A stretch of DNA of 64,000 bases from Patescibacteria group bacterium. Its GTDB lineage: Bacteria; Patescibacteriota; Microgenomatia; UBA1400; PJMF01. This document shows positions 30,230 to 39,459 of the stretch, one piece after another. How positions within the stretch are numbered: the stretch's first letter is position 1; each line of letters starts with the position of its first letter. The notes under the pieces are model-generated. The model saw nothing but the letters and a program-made list of their open reading frames with translations, did not search any database and had not been told where the DNA came from. The stretch covers positions 761,696 through 825,695 of the forward strand of contig BOKR01000001.1 of the NCBI GenBank assembly GCA_016861085.1, written 5' to 3'. The position numbers and the translations under genes were made by a program.

Positions 30230-30467
30230 GGTTTTGTTTTTGTTCCAAGTTTTGGGATTAAGGGTTGAGTCAGCCTAGTTAGCGACGTGCGGTCACCAAC
30301 ATAAGCCGACCCCACAATCAAAACCATATAAAAAATCAAAGTAAGATTTTAAGGTGCTCGAAAGTCAAAAAATCACAAATAACATAGCGACTATGCTTTT
30401 CTAATATTATCGACTTTACAGAGGGGAATTATACTACTTTTTATCTTTTTTGTCAAAATTATGGGAT

Positions 30468-30887
30468 TCAAAAATCAAATTCGTAAATCTTATCTTCCTC
30501 ACCACTCAAATCTGAATATCTCACCCACGTTGGAATTATTTTAAAATATGTTTGTTCTGGGTGGTTATGATATCCAGCTGCGCTAGGCACTTTTTTGTGA
30601 TAGAGCTCAACAAGTTTTTCTCTTTCCTGGCCAAAAATTTCGGTCGCAATTCCCTCATACTGAACTGTGATATATTCTTCATCCCAGCCAATTACTAAGG
30701 CAACTTTTGGATTTTCTTGCAGATTTTTATACTTCTTACTCGTTGTAAACGTTCCAAAAACAAGTTCAAAATCATTAGTCTCACCAAAACCAATGAGGGC
30801 AGCCTCAGGAGAGTGACTATCTCCACAGGTAGAAATAACTGCGTGTATTTTTGTTCTGATAAAAGCTAGTATGTTTTCTTTTTTCAT
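30468..30887 (-). CDS. pyridoxamine 5'-phosphate oxidase-like FMN-binding protein
   Basis: PNPOx split-barrel pattern. Confidence 0.55.
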   Translation of the reverse strand: MKKENILAFIRTKIHAVISTCGDSHSPEAALIGFGETNDFELVFGTFTTSKKYKNLQENPKVALVIGWDEEYITVQYEGIATEIFGQEREKLVELYHKKVPSAAGYHNHPEQTYFKIIPTWVRYSDLSGEEDKIYEFDF

Positions 30888-30895
30888 AAATAACC

Positions 30896-31474
30896 TTATC
30901 TATATAGCGTTACCGTCTCAAATTCATTTAGTACAATAATCGGCATTTGTGAGTTATCTCGTAAAAGGTTTAGTTTCATTTCTTTTTTATCTTCAATGTT
31001 CCAATGACAAAGTGTTTGTATTGGTAATAAACCAACTCCTTCATGAACTTCATTTTCCTTTTGATCCGATAAGGACAAAACATAACTAGATGATGCTAAA
31101 AAAGCACCCATAGAACTTCCTGCATAGATTTTCCCATCAAGTTTATGTTTTAAATCCCCTAGTTTGGCATACAAATTTTCTATTGGTTCAGCATCACCAC
31201 CAGCCACATATAAAACATCTGATTTTTCTAATTTAGAAAATAAATCTTTTGGATCTTCCGCAACAAGCATTTTAATTTCTTTGTTAGTATTCATCTTTAT
31301 TGAATTAGTATCTCTTTCAATTAAAGCATCCCAAGTTGATTTTTCTCTAGAAAAATAACACAGTAAAATTATTACTGTTTCTTTTTCGACTAGCTTAGTA
31401 AATTGAGAAAAGAAAAAGTCATTAGCTGGATGAGGCTGTGACGTTTTGCCCCCGTGCAATAGATATGTTGTCAT
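30896..31474 (-). CDS. peptidase S51 (dipeptidase E-like) / class I glutamine-amidotransferase-like protein
   Basis: LYVAGGDAEP...IYAGSSMGAFLAS nucleophile region. Confidence 0.55.
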   Translation of the reverse strand: MTTYLLHGGKTSQPHPANDFFFSQFTKLVEKETVIILLCYFSREKSTWDALIERDTNSIKMNTNKEIKMLVAEDPKDLFSKLEKSDVLYVAGGDAEPIENLYAKLGDLKHKLDGKIYAGSSMGAFLASSSYVLSLSDQKENEVHEGVGLLPIQTLCHWNIEDKKEMKLNLLRDNSQMPIIVLNEFETVTLYR

Positions 31475-31584
31475 GTTGAAATTATAACAAAGTTTTGCAA
31501 GGGTACGAGTTCAACAAGAATCAATAATATTTCTTGAGGAAAAAATGAATGCTTCATGCTATAGACCGAATGAGGAAGTGCTTT

Positions 31585-32085
31585 TTATAATTCAAATTGC
31601 TTGCCAGAAATAAAAAGATCGCAAACTTCTTGGTTCGTTTTTCCAGTTGTATCTAATATAAACCTTATATTTCTCTCATTACTTTGCAATTGGTTAAGTA
31701 ATACTAATGATCGATCTTGGTACTGCAAACCACCGTCTCTCTTTATAAGTCTTTTTTTGATTTCATCTTCCTTGGCAACTAATACGACATACTTAAACCT
31801 AATATTAAAATTTCCAAGCTCGCTAATAAACCAATCCAACTCATCTTCAACAACAAAGTCTATAACTACATCCAAATCGTAACTCAAATAATTCTTTGTC
31901 ATTTCCAAGATGTTTTTCCAGGTAACCTTCAGTCTTTGACTCCACTCCAAACTCCTAACATTCTCAAGTGGACCAAACATAGCATCACCATCAATCAATG
32001 CGTATCCATACTTTTTATTAATCAACCTGCTGAGACTACTTTTTCCTGCACCAAGTGGACCAGAAATTAAATATATTGAATTCAT
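31585..32085 (-). CDS. P-loop kinase (AAA_33-like)
   Basis: Walker A ISGPLGAGKSSL near the N-terminus, about 165 aa. ATGA-coupled to the upstream nucleotidyltransferase. Confidence 0.5.
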   Translation of the reverse strand: MNSIYLISGPLGAGKSSLSRLINKKYGYALIDGDAMFGPLENVRSLEWSQRLKVTWKNILEMTKNYLSYDLDVVIDFVVEDELDWFISELGNFNIRFKYVVLVAKEDEIKKRLIKRDGGLQYQDRSLVLLNQLQSNERNIRFILDTTGKTNQEVCDLFISGKQFEL

Positions 32086-32930
32086 ATCTTAAAACCTACT
32101 AAACTTGCCACTTTACCCTTTGCATAGTCTCTAAATTTCAAAAGCTCATCTTTGTTCCAGTCGATTCCGCCTTGTCGCCTTTGTTCAAGAGTAATCTTCT
32201 TTTCTGACCTATAAACAGATAGTGACTTTTGAACGAGTTCTAAAAATTCTTCAGGCAAGTTACGCAAACCCCATTCACCACCTTCGTCCTTACTAAATAT
32301 TTCCTGATCTCCTTCAGATAGGGTTCGAATAACTCTACAAATATTTAAAATTGAATAAAAGGGTGTTTCGATTATGTTTTCATCAGAAACTATCCAATCA
32401 AAATCGTCTAAGATTGAGTCAATGAAATAATTCCAGGGAATTGGATTAAAAGTATCTTTTATCTCTTTACCGTGCAAAACAACACCTCGTTTAATCACAT
32501 ACATCAAATGTGATGCCAAGTCTGAATCAGTTTTATTTTCGGAAAAGTCGATTTCACCTTTTTTTATCTTTTCATGCCATTCACTACCATAATGAACTTC
32601 AAATGGGCAAGGATGTTTGAATTTTTTTGCTGCAAGAGAAGTAATAACACTTGCTTCTAAATTACCAACTGTTGGACAATTTTCTGCAAGTTTAACAAAT
32701 GTTTCTGCTATTTTCTTCCTTAAGTCGGGTCTTAGCTTAGTATCAATGACTATTATCAAATCAATATCGCTTTTGGGTCTATAATACGAACCCATTGCTA
32801 AAGAACCATATAAGTAAATTCCAACTAGGCTTCTACCCAATAAATCAGATATGTTTCTGACAACACTTTGAATATACTGCTTAATATCCTCATCACAATT
32901 TATCCAAGATTGGGCTTTGCTACTCATCAT
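32082..32930 (-). CDS. aminoglycoside nucleotidyltransferase-like protein (ANT(3'')/(9) fold: minimal NTase plus C-terminal helical domain)
   Basis: YLYGSLAMGSYYRPKSDIDLIIV (GS...DxD Pol-beta NTase motif). Confidence 0.65.
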   Translation of the reverse strand: MMSSKAQSWINCDEDIKQYIQSVVRNISDLLGRSLVGIYLYGSLAMGSYYRPKSDIDLIIVIDTKLRPDLRKKIAETFVKLAENCPTVGNLEASVITSLAAKKFKHPCPFEVHYGSEWHEKIKKGEIDFSENKTDSDLASHLMYVIKRGVVLHGKEIKDTFNPIPWNYFIDSILDDFDWIVSDENIIETPFYSILNICRVIRTLSEGDQEIFSKDEGGEWGLRNLPEEFLELVQKSLSVYRSEKKITLEQRRQGGIDWNKDELLKFRDYAKGKVASLVGFKI

Positions 32931-33064
32931 GCGGAAATTATATCAAAATTCGAGTGTCCACTATGGGTACAAAAAAACTCTAACCTATCTACTTGAGTAA
33001 AGTCAGTTCGAGTCTAACGATGCTCCCTGTTGTAGACCAAATGAGGCAATGCTTCTTGTAAAGA

Positions 33065-33811
33065 CTATCTGTTTTCTAACAATTCCGTAACAGTCACAAA
33101 CTGATATTCTTTTGCTTGTAATCCATCAATGATTGGTTCAATTGCGTCTCTACTTGGTTTGCATGACTCACAAAGTGGATGAAGTAAAATTATTGATCCC
33201 GATTCAGTTTTCTCAATTGTATAGTCTATTGCAAAATCTCTTTTTTCTTCTTCCGACTCTAGCTTTGGCATAAATGTTTCTGCCTCAACATCAACCATAA
33301 TTGTTTTAATGTCATATCTAAAAAGATACCATGGCAATACGAATAGTTTTTTACCATAGGGTGGTCTAAACGTAATCTCACCTTCATAACCAACTTCTCT
33401 AATTAATTGGTTTGTCCTCTCAATCTCTAACTCAACAAAAGAGAGAGGTTTTAAGAGAAAACGCTGATGAGAATAAGAGTGGTTGCCCAATTCGTGACCA
33501 GCTTCAACAATATTTCTAGCTTCTTCTGGATATTTTTCGATATTTTGCCCGATTACATAAAAAGTAGCCACAACGCCTTTTTCAGCTAAAATGTCTAACA
33601 CTTCATCGCTATGTACAGTAGGTGCATCATCAAAAGTTAAAGCTACTATTTTTTTGTCTGTTTCTACCCTTGCAATAATCTCTCCAAAAAATTGGAAAGT
33701 TCTAGACTTACTAATACGAAACAGTGAGTAAAAGAAAAGAATGATTATTAACGAACTAAAGAAAGCCACCTTAGTATATTTTTCTGCTTTTTTGGAGAAT
33801 TTGCTTTTCAT
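33065..33811 (-). CDS. polysaccharide deacetylase (NodB homology domain)
   Basis: TFDDAP...HELGNHSYSH motifs. N-terminal TM anchor. Confidence 0.8.
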   Translation of the reverse strand: MKSKFSKKAEKYTKVAFFSSLIIILFFYSLFRISKSRTFQFFGEIIARVETDKKIVALTFDDAPTVHSDEVLDILAEKGVVATFYVIGQNIEKYPEEARNIVEAGHELGNHSYSHQRFLLKPLSFVELEIERTNQLIREVGYEGEITFRPPYGKKLFVLPWYLFRYDIKTIMVDVEAETFMPKLESEEEKRDFAIDYTIEKTESGSIILLHPLCESCKPSRDAIEPIIDGLQAKEYQFVTVTELLENR

Positions 33812-33939
33812 CTAGTTTAAGTATAACAAAGGTTCTAGCCTCTATTCTGGGTATTGAGTTATGAGGATATAGCACTTGAGGTGAAATTAAAAGCTCCCCG
33901 CTATAGACCAAGTTAGAAACCTACTTTATAATAATTACA

Positions 33940-34491
33940 ATGCAGTTGAAAATAGAATTTAATAATTTTTGGTCAAGAAAATACTTGGTTTTTCACGACA
34001 AAAAAGCATTTGCTGAAATTAATCGCTTTGGACTAATACGACAAGGAATAACTGCAAAAAAAGATAATCAAGTTTGGACATATATAGAAAAAGGTTTTAT
34101 AAACACCAGCATTATTGCGTTCGATGGTATTCATGAAAAACAAATTGGTGAATTTCCTATAAAAAACATTATCCAACTCAGTTCTATTTTGGGGAAAAGG
34201 CAAATATCACCTGGTATTTTTTACACCCCAAATGCTAACTATAAACTTGCTATCAACTTCCAAAATAAGAATATATATTCCTGGCTTGATCAAAATAACG
34301 AGACGCTAATTACTTATGACATGACTACTCGTATTAAATCACTAATAACTAGCATTAGTTTCAACCGTAAAACAACCTGTGTTGCACAGATTCCGGATAA
34401 TTATTCTGACATCGACCTCACACTCTTTTTTTTGGGAATATTTATTATAGATTTGAATTTGTCACTAGAATCTATTGGTCATACACCATAG
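33940..34491 (+). CDS. hypothetical protein
   Basis: 183-aa ORF. Confidence 0.35.
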   Translation: MQLKIEFNNFWSRKYLVFHDKKAFAEINRFGLIRQGITAKKDNQVWTYIEKGFINTSIIAFDGIHEKQIGEFPIKNIIQLSSILGKRQISPGIFYTPNANYKLAINFQNKNIYSWLDQNNETLITYDMTTRIKSLITSISFNRKTTCVAQIPDNYSDIDLTLFFLGIFIIDLNLSLESIGHTP

Positions 34492-34592
34492 CATAATCTA
34501 AAAATAACTTTATTCTCCCTGGTCAACTCATTTTTGTTTGAAATATTAAATCATCACTTACTGATAGGTACCTAATCGGATATGATAAAAAT

Positions 34593-34943
34593 ATGAATAA
34601 AAATCTAAAATTATTATTTATTTTTTTTGCCTATTTAATTTTAGCTATCGACTTATTCGCAATCATATACTTTATGTATTCTGGTGAAAATATACACAAA
34701 GAAATTGATAGCATTGGTGGCATTGTTTTCTATAAAGTTAATGGAAACACTTTACTTAATACATTTATTGTTGATTTTATTGGATTACTAGCCTACAGCA
34801 TTTTCTTTTATGGTCATTTCAAGATGGCTGGTGTTTTCTCAGAAAAAAATAAGTTGGGATTTTTCGCTATAAGTTCACTGATTATCCTTGCTTTCCTTAT
34901 ATCTTTATTGACTAGAAGATACTTAAATTTAGGGAGTATTTAA
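34593..34943 (+). CDS. small membrane protein, hypothetical
   Basis: Three predicted TM helices. Confidence 0.35.
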   Translation: MNKNLKLLFIFFAYLILAIDLFAIIYFMYSGENIHKEIDSIGGIVFYKVNGNTLLNTFIVDFIGLLAYSIFFYGHFKMAGVFSEKNKLGFFAISSLIILAFLISLLTRRYLNLGSI

Positions 34944-35034
34944 AATTAACAATAAACTTTTAATGTCTTCAGAAGGATCTTGAGTTTATTCTAAATGAAC
35001 GCTCCACGTAGTGGACCAAGTTAGGGAGTGTTTT

Positions 35035-35304
35035 TTATGATGACCACCTTTTTAATTTAGGGATATCTTTCATAAAAAAATTTATCATGAAATTAGGCAT
35101 GCCCATTCCACGCATTTTTCCAACAACTAATTCTTGCATTTCATTAGCTGTAATTTTTTTGTTTACAAATTCACCATTCTGATAACATTTACTACAATAT
35201 TCTGTTGATTTAGAACCATTTTTTTCAGTTCCACCACCTTCTTCATCTTTTTTTAATGGCATACCACAACTTTGACATTGTTTTCCTAAAAGCATTTTTA
35301 ACAT
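35035..35304 (-). CDS. zinc-ribbon domain protein
   Basis: CQSCGMP...CSKC four-Cys ribbon. Confidence 0.5.
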   Translation of the reverse strand: MLKMLLGKQCQSCGMPLKKDEEGGGTEKNGSKSTEYCSKCYQNGEFVNKKITANEMQELVVGKMRGMGMPNFMINFFMKDIPKLKRWSS

Positions 35305-35402
35305 GTTTACCTTTCGAAATAGGATCTTTTGATAACAATAATTATACCAAAGGTTCGAGCGTCCACTGAGGAGTATTTATTTTACTTTAGGAAAAAAATG
35401 TG

Positions 35403-35717
35403 CTCCCCGAGTAGGATTCGAACCTACAACCTGCCGGTTACATATAACCCATCTATTTCTAGACGGTATGGACTATCTCATTACCATATTCACCATTTGG
35501 CAAAATTAGGCACTGGGTACTCTAGGGTGTACTCACCTAGTCTCTGAACCTTCTTCGTAATATCTTACAAAGCTCGGCTGCGGATTACCATATTCTTGTA
35601 AAAAACAAAAACACAGGCTTCCCGCAATTCACCCAGTTATCATTCCAAAGTTTCCTTTGGAAGCTGCGATTTTGGAATGTTTCACAGCCGGACGCTCTGC
35701 CATTGAGCTATCGGGGA
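35403..35717 (-). tRNA. tRNA-Asn(GUU) interrupted by a group I intron
   Basis: Exons (34 + 38 nt) splice to UCCCCGAUAGCUCAAUGGCAGAGCGUCCGGCUGU|UAACCGGCAGGUUGUAGGUUCGAAUCCUACUCGGGGAG. Cloverleaf with anticodon loop CUGUUAA, U1-A72 and G73 as in E. coli tRNA-Asn. CCA is not encoded. Confidence 0.75.
35441..35683 (-). ncRNA. group I (IC3-like) self-splicing intron in the tRNA-Asn anticodon loop (between nt 35 and 36)
   Basis: 243 nt. The 5' exon ends in U. P1: exon GGCUGU pairs with the internal guide GCAGCU. P2 hairpin UUCCAAAG-GAAA-CUUUGGAA. Conserved CCGCAGCCGAGC and GGUUCAGAGACUA (P7 region). The intron ends in G before UAACC. Confidence 0.7.
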
Positions 35718-35862
35718 TCTTCACTTGTTAATCGTTGCCAAGAAAATTCGCTGCAAATAAAATAGCTTTCATCTGCAATACAAAAATACTCAACAACAGA
35801 ACCATATTGTAACAAACCCACCTCTAAAAATCCACCATAAAGATAGTGTTACAATAATACTC

Positions 35863-36646
35863 ATGTCCCAAAAATTTGCCAACATCTCCGTCGTCTTCCC
35901 CGCACTTAACGAAGAAAAAAATATTGCCAATTGTCTGAATGCCCTTTTGAATCAAAAAACCAAACCCAAACAAATTATTTTTGTAAACCACAACTCTACA
36001 GATAAAACCCTCGAAATCGCAAACACCTACAAGCCAATTTTCAAACAGCAAAATATAGAATACATCGTCCACACAGAAAAAAAGAAAGGAATTGCCAACG
36101 CCCGCAACTCCGGCTTTGCACTTGCCACTCAACCGATTATTGCCTCAACCGATTCTGATTGTATTCCCCAAAAAAATTGGATTGAAAGCATTGCTACATA
36201 CTTCAAAAAAAAATGATGTCGTTGCCTGTGCAGGAAAAATTGTGCACTACGATGCTGATCCCCTTTGGAAAGAAATGACAAAAAATGGTTCTTATAACGT
36301 ACTTTATAAATTCCTGTACCTCATCAATGGCTTTCACCCCATGACAACAGCTAACTGCGCGGTTTTAAAATCTGCATTTGAAACAGTCGGCAGATTTGAC
36401 CACCAAATTATCTCCATTGACGGCCTTGATGATATTGACCTCGCCGCCCGCTTATCTTTTGTTGGCAAAGTTAAATACAATAAAAACATGGTCGTTGAAA
36501 GTTCGTTTCGAAGATACAACGGTTTTTCAAAAGCAATTGGCAGTACCTATAGAAGATTTTTAGCACTGCTTCGTGTCAAAAGAAAATTTAGAAAAAAACA
36601 ACTAGACGTACTATACGAAAATTTGTTTCCCAAAAAAAGTAGCTAG
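35863..36646 (+). pseudogene. family 2 glycosyltransferase interrupted by a frameshift in an A9 homopolymer
   Basis: ORFs 35863-36216 and 36092-36646 are both GT2-like (VVFPALNEEKNIANCLNALLNQ...; ...DVVACAGKIVHYD...). A9 tract at 36205-36213. With 8 A the frame reads YFKKNDVVACAGKIVHYD continuously. Confidence 0.7.
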
Positions 36647-36657
36647 TCAAAGTAGAA

Positions 36658-37950
36658 TTAATCCAAGAAATCCTGCAATTTTTTGCGTCTACTTGGATGC
36701 TTTAATTTTCGTAAAGCCTTAGCCTCAATTTGACGAATACGCTCACGGGTCACACCAAATTTTTTGCCGACTTCTTCTAAAGTCATCATTTTATTGTCGT
36801 TCAAACCAAATCGCATTCGGAGTACCTTTGCCTCACGGTCAGAAAGTGCACTGAGCACTTCTTCTACATTTTCACGAAGCATCTGTTGACTGGTGGCTTC
36901 ATATGGAGACAGCTGTTGGTCATCAGAAATAAAATCACCCAACACACTGTCGTCATCACCGTCACCAACTGGGGACTCAAGCGAAGTTGTGTTTTGTGAA
37001 ATCTTGAGAATTTCGCGGACTTTGTCTGGGTCCATCTCCATTTCAACACCAATTTCTTCTGGTGTTGGCTCTCTGCCCAAATCTTGCATCAGCCTTCGGC
37101 TGGTACGCATCAATTTGTTGATGGTTTCAACCATGTGCACTGGAATACGAATAGTTCTGGCTTGGTCTGCAATAGAACGAGTAATTGCTTGGCGAATCCA
37201 CCATGTCGCGTAAGTAGAAAACTTGAATCCTTTGGTCCAGTCAAATTTTTCGACTGCACGGATCAGACCTTTGTTACCCTCTTGGATCAAATCCAAGAAA
37301 GTCATGCCACGACCAATATATTTTTTAGCGATAGAAACAACCAAACGCAAATTAGCGTCTGTTAATTGTTTTTTAGCCTCAATGTCGCCTGCTTCAACTC
37401 TTTGAGCCAAACGAATTTCGTCTTCACGATTTAACAGTGGAATTCTGCCAATTTCCTTGAGGTACATGCGCACTGGATCAGCAACGCTGCGATCAGTCAA
37501 CGTAGATAATGTTTCAAGTTCTTGGGTTAAAGTATCGTCAGAATCTTTTTTCTTTTCGTCAGTTACAGATTCAAAAACATCGATATCATGGGCAATTATT
37601 TGGCCGTAAAAATCGTCAAGCTCTTGGATGTAGTCTTCTGGCTCAACAAATGTTGCTAAAATATCATCTTGAGTGATATAACCCTGAGACTTTGCTTTTG
37701 CAAACAAATTTTCAATGTCAGTAGAAAGTGCTTTTGGAACTTTGCTAGCAGATACCTGTTCTTCAAATTGAATTTCAGAAGGTGCTTCCTGCTGTGTTCC
37801 TTCTGCTACTTCATCGCCTGTCTGCTCAACAATTTCTTGTTGGGCCTCTTCAAGCATATCAAGTTGTGCTTCCGCCTCTTTGATCTCTTCTAATTCTGAT
37901 TTTTTGACTTTTGGGGTCAGTTTTTTTGGAGCTTTTTTCGCTGTAGGCAT
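36658..37950 (-). CDS. rpoD: RNA polymerase sigma-70 factor
   Basis: Regions 1.2, 2 ([18 protein letters not shown]), 3 and 4 ([28 protein letters not shown]). Confidence 0.95.
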   Translation of the reverse strand: MPTAKKAPKKLTPKVKKSELEEIKEAEAQLDMLEEAQQEIVEQTGDEVAEGTQQEAPSEIQFEEQVSASKVPKALSTDIENLFAKAKSQGYITQDDILATFVEPEDYIQELDDFYGQIIAHDIDVFESVTDEKKKDSDDTLTQELETLSTLTDRSVADPVRMYLKEIGRIPLLNREDEIRLAQRVEAGDIEAKKQLTDANLRLVVSIAKKYIGRGMTFLDLIQEGNKGLIRAVEKFDWTKGFKFSTYATWWIRQAITRSIADQARTIRIPVHMVETINKLMRTSRRLMQDLGREPTPEEIGVEMEMDPDKVREILKISQNTTSLESPVGDGDDDSVLGDFISDDQQLSPYEATSQQMLRENVEEVLSALSDREAKVLRMRFGLNDNKMMTLEEVGKKFGVTRERIRQIEAKALRKLKHPSRRKKLQDFLD

Positions 37951-38034
37951 AAAAAAATGTTTCTTACTAGCTTGTCAAGACGTGATTCGCCTGGAATAGT
38001 GTATAATTATACAACAAAAGTCAAGAATGAAAAG

Positions 38035-39312
38035 CTACAAATTCCCTTTTGTGAAAGCCTCGACCTCAGCAAGAATAGTAACAGCAGAATCTTCAAATTT
38101 TTCTAAGGCCTTTACTGCATTTTGCGCCCTCACAGTCTGCAACCTCAAATCCCTTACTTCGTTTCGTAACGCTGTTATTTTTTCCTCTGGGGTTTGTCTT
38201 CCCATTTTTCCTAAAAGTGCGTTTGCAAGTGGAGCTGTTGCGTTTCCCAACACTCCTTTTCTAGCTCTTTCCTTTCGTTCGAGTAGCTTTTCCTTTTCGT
38301 CCCATTTTGCTTTCAACTCATCAGCTTTTGCCGCCAACCTTCTAGCTTCCTCCAGTTCCTCAGCGAGTACTTTCGCTGCAGCAGCAAATCTCTCGTCTAG
38401 TGGAAGTTCACGAAAATCTGACCCCAGCAGTTCAGTCAAAAAAAGACTCCCATCACGCGCTTTTCGGATATCATGAAGTACTCCATTGACCACCTTAACT
38501 ACTGCTTCGCCTATTTCAGTTTTTCTATAAGAAAGGTTCTCAGCTATACGCTCCATAATCCCTTGGGCATTCTGTAACTCTGCTAATCTCTTTAGCAACT
38601 CATAATTTTGCTGCAACTGTTGCAACCCCTCATGTGCTGCTCTAATTTGTTCCATTGTTGGTCTATAATCACTAACATCTCTAGTACTTTCCGCGACACG
38701 TTTTCCTAACTCATCAATATCCGCCGTAAAGTTAGCACCACTTTCATTAAATGCCTCAGCAAGATTTCCAATCTCTTGATATTCAGCTTGCAACTCTGTA
38801 ACATCCAATTGAGCATCAGGTTGACGCTGTAATTGCATCATCAGCTCTCTAGCTAACCGACTTTGTTCTGGATCATGAATACTTAAAGTCATCGCCTTTC
38901 GTATCTGACGCTTCTGATTACGAACATTTTGTAAACCATTTTCTTTTCTATATTGAAACCCAGCCAAAGATTCTTCAAAATTACTCAAAATAGCTTGTCC
39001 TCTCTGGGTAATTTCTGCTTTATCTTCTCCGTCAACTTGCAAAAGCATTTCTTGAAACTGTCGTTGGAATTGTGTAATAACTTCGACAGCCTGATCTATA
39101 TTTCCAGAAATTGCTCGGTCAGGGTTTCCTGTGTGATCCCAGTGGTATAGCAAACCCAACGCATCTTCTAGTGCCTCTACGTCAGGAAGTGCTTCTGCTA
39201 ACTCGGCAAGGTGTTTCTCTTTTTTATTAATTTCAGCTGCATATGCCTGCTGAGCAGCCACTGATTCCTCTATTCCACTTAAAATCTGTGCTTTATCATC
39301 ATCGATCGCCAT
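38035..39312 (-). CDS. hypothetical alpha-helical/coiled-coil protein
   Basis: 425 aa, rich in Q/E/L/A heptads. Somewhat higher GC than its neighbours. Confidence 0.5.
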   Translation of the reverse strand: MAIDDDKAQILSGIEESVAAQQAYAAEINKKEKHLAELAEALPDVEALEDALGLLYHWDHTGNPDRAISGNIDQAVEVITQFQRQFQEMLLQVDGEDKAEITQRGQAILSNFEESLAGFQYRKENGLQNVRNQKRQIRKAMTLSIHDPEQSRLARELMMQLQRQPDAQLDVTELQAEYQEIGNLAEAFNESGANFTADIDELGKRVAESTRDVSDYRPTMEQIRAAHEGLQQLQQNYELLKRLAELQNAQGIMERIAENLSYRKTEIGEAVVKVVNGVLHDIRKARDGSLFLTELLGSDFRELPLDERFAAAAKVLAEELEEARRLAAKADELKAKWDEKEKLLERKERARKGVLGNATAPLANALLGKMGRQTPEEKITALRNEVRDLRLQTVRAQNAVKALEKFEDSAVTILAEVEAFTKGNL

Positions 39313-39459
39313 AACAATAGTATGCCTCTTGCAAGAGAGGTTTACAAGTTAAAAAGAGGTAAAAACAACAAAATGAGAGGGAGGCAACTCGCACTAGGTG
39401 CATCACTATGGGGTTATACACCTACTGTAGCTTCATGCCTCCCCTCATCTTTCAAATAT

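Noticed and set aside
28736-30278. Many 60-130-aa ORFs on both strands inside the high-GC lipoprotein gene (for example 29109-29303, 29349-29750, 29356-29616, 29600-29893)
   Set aside because: High GC suppresses stop codons. All are nested in, or antisense to, the 497-aa lipoprotein ORF and have low-complexity Arg/Pro/Ala-rich translations.
30230-30467. Second ribozyme or hammerhead upstream of the high-GC lipoprotein, which would flank it as a retrozyme-like unit
   Set aside because: No CUGAUGA/GAAA core on either strand in this interval.
38027-38476. 149-aa plus-strand ORF antisense to the coiled-coil gene
   Set aside because: Ser/Ala/Phe low-complexity translation. It lies entirely inside a longer, better-behaved minus-strand ORF.
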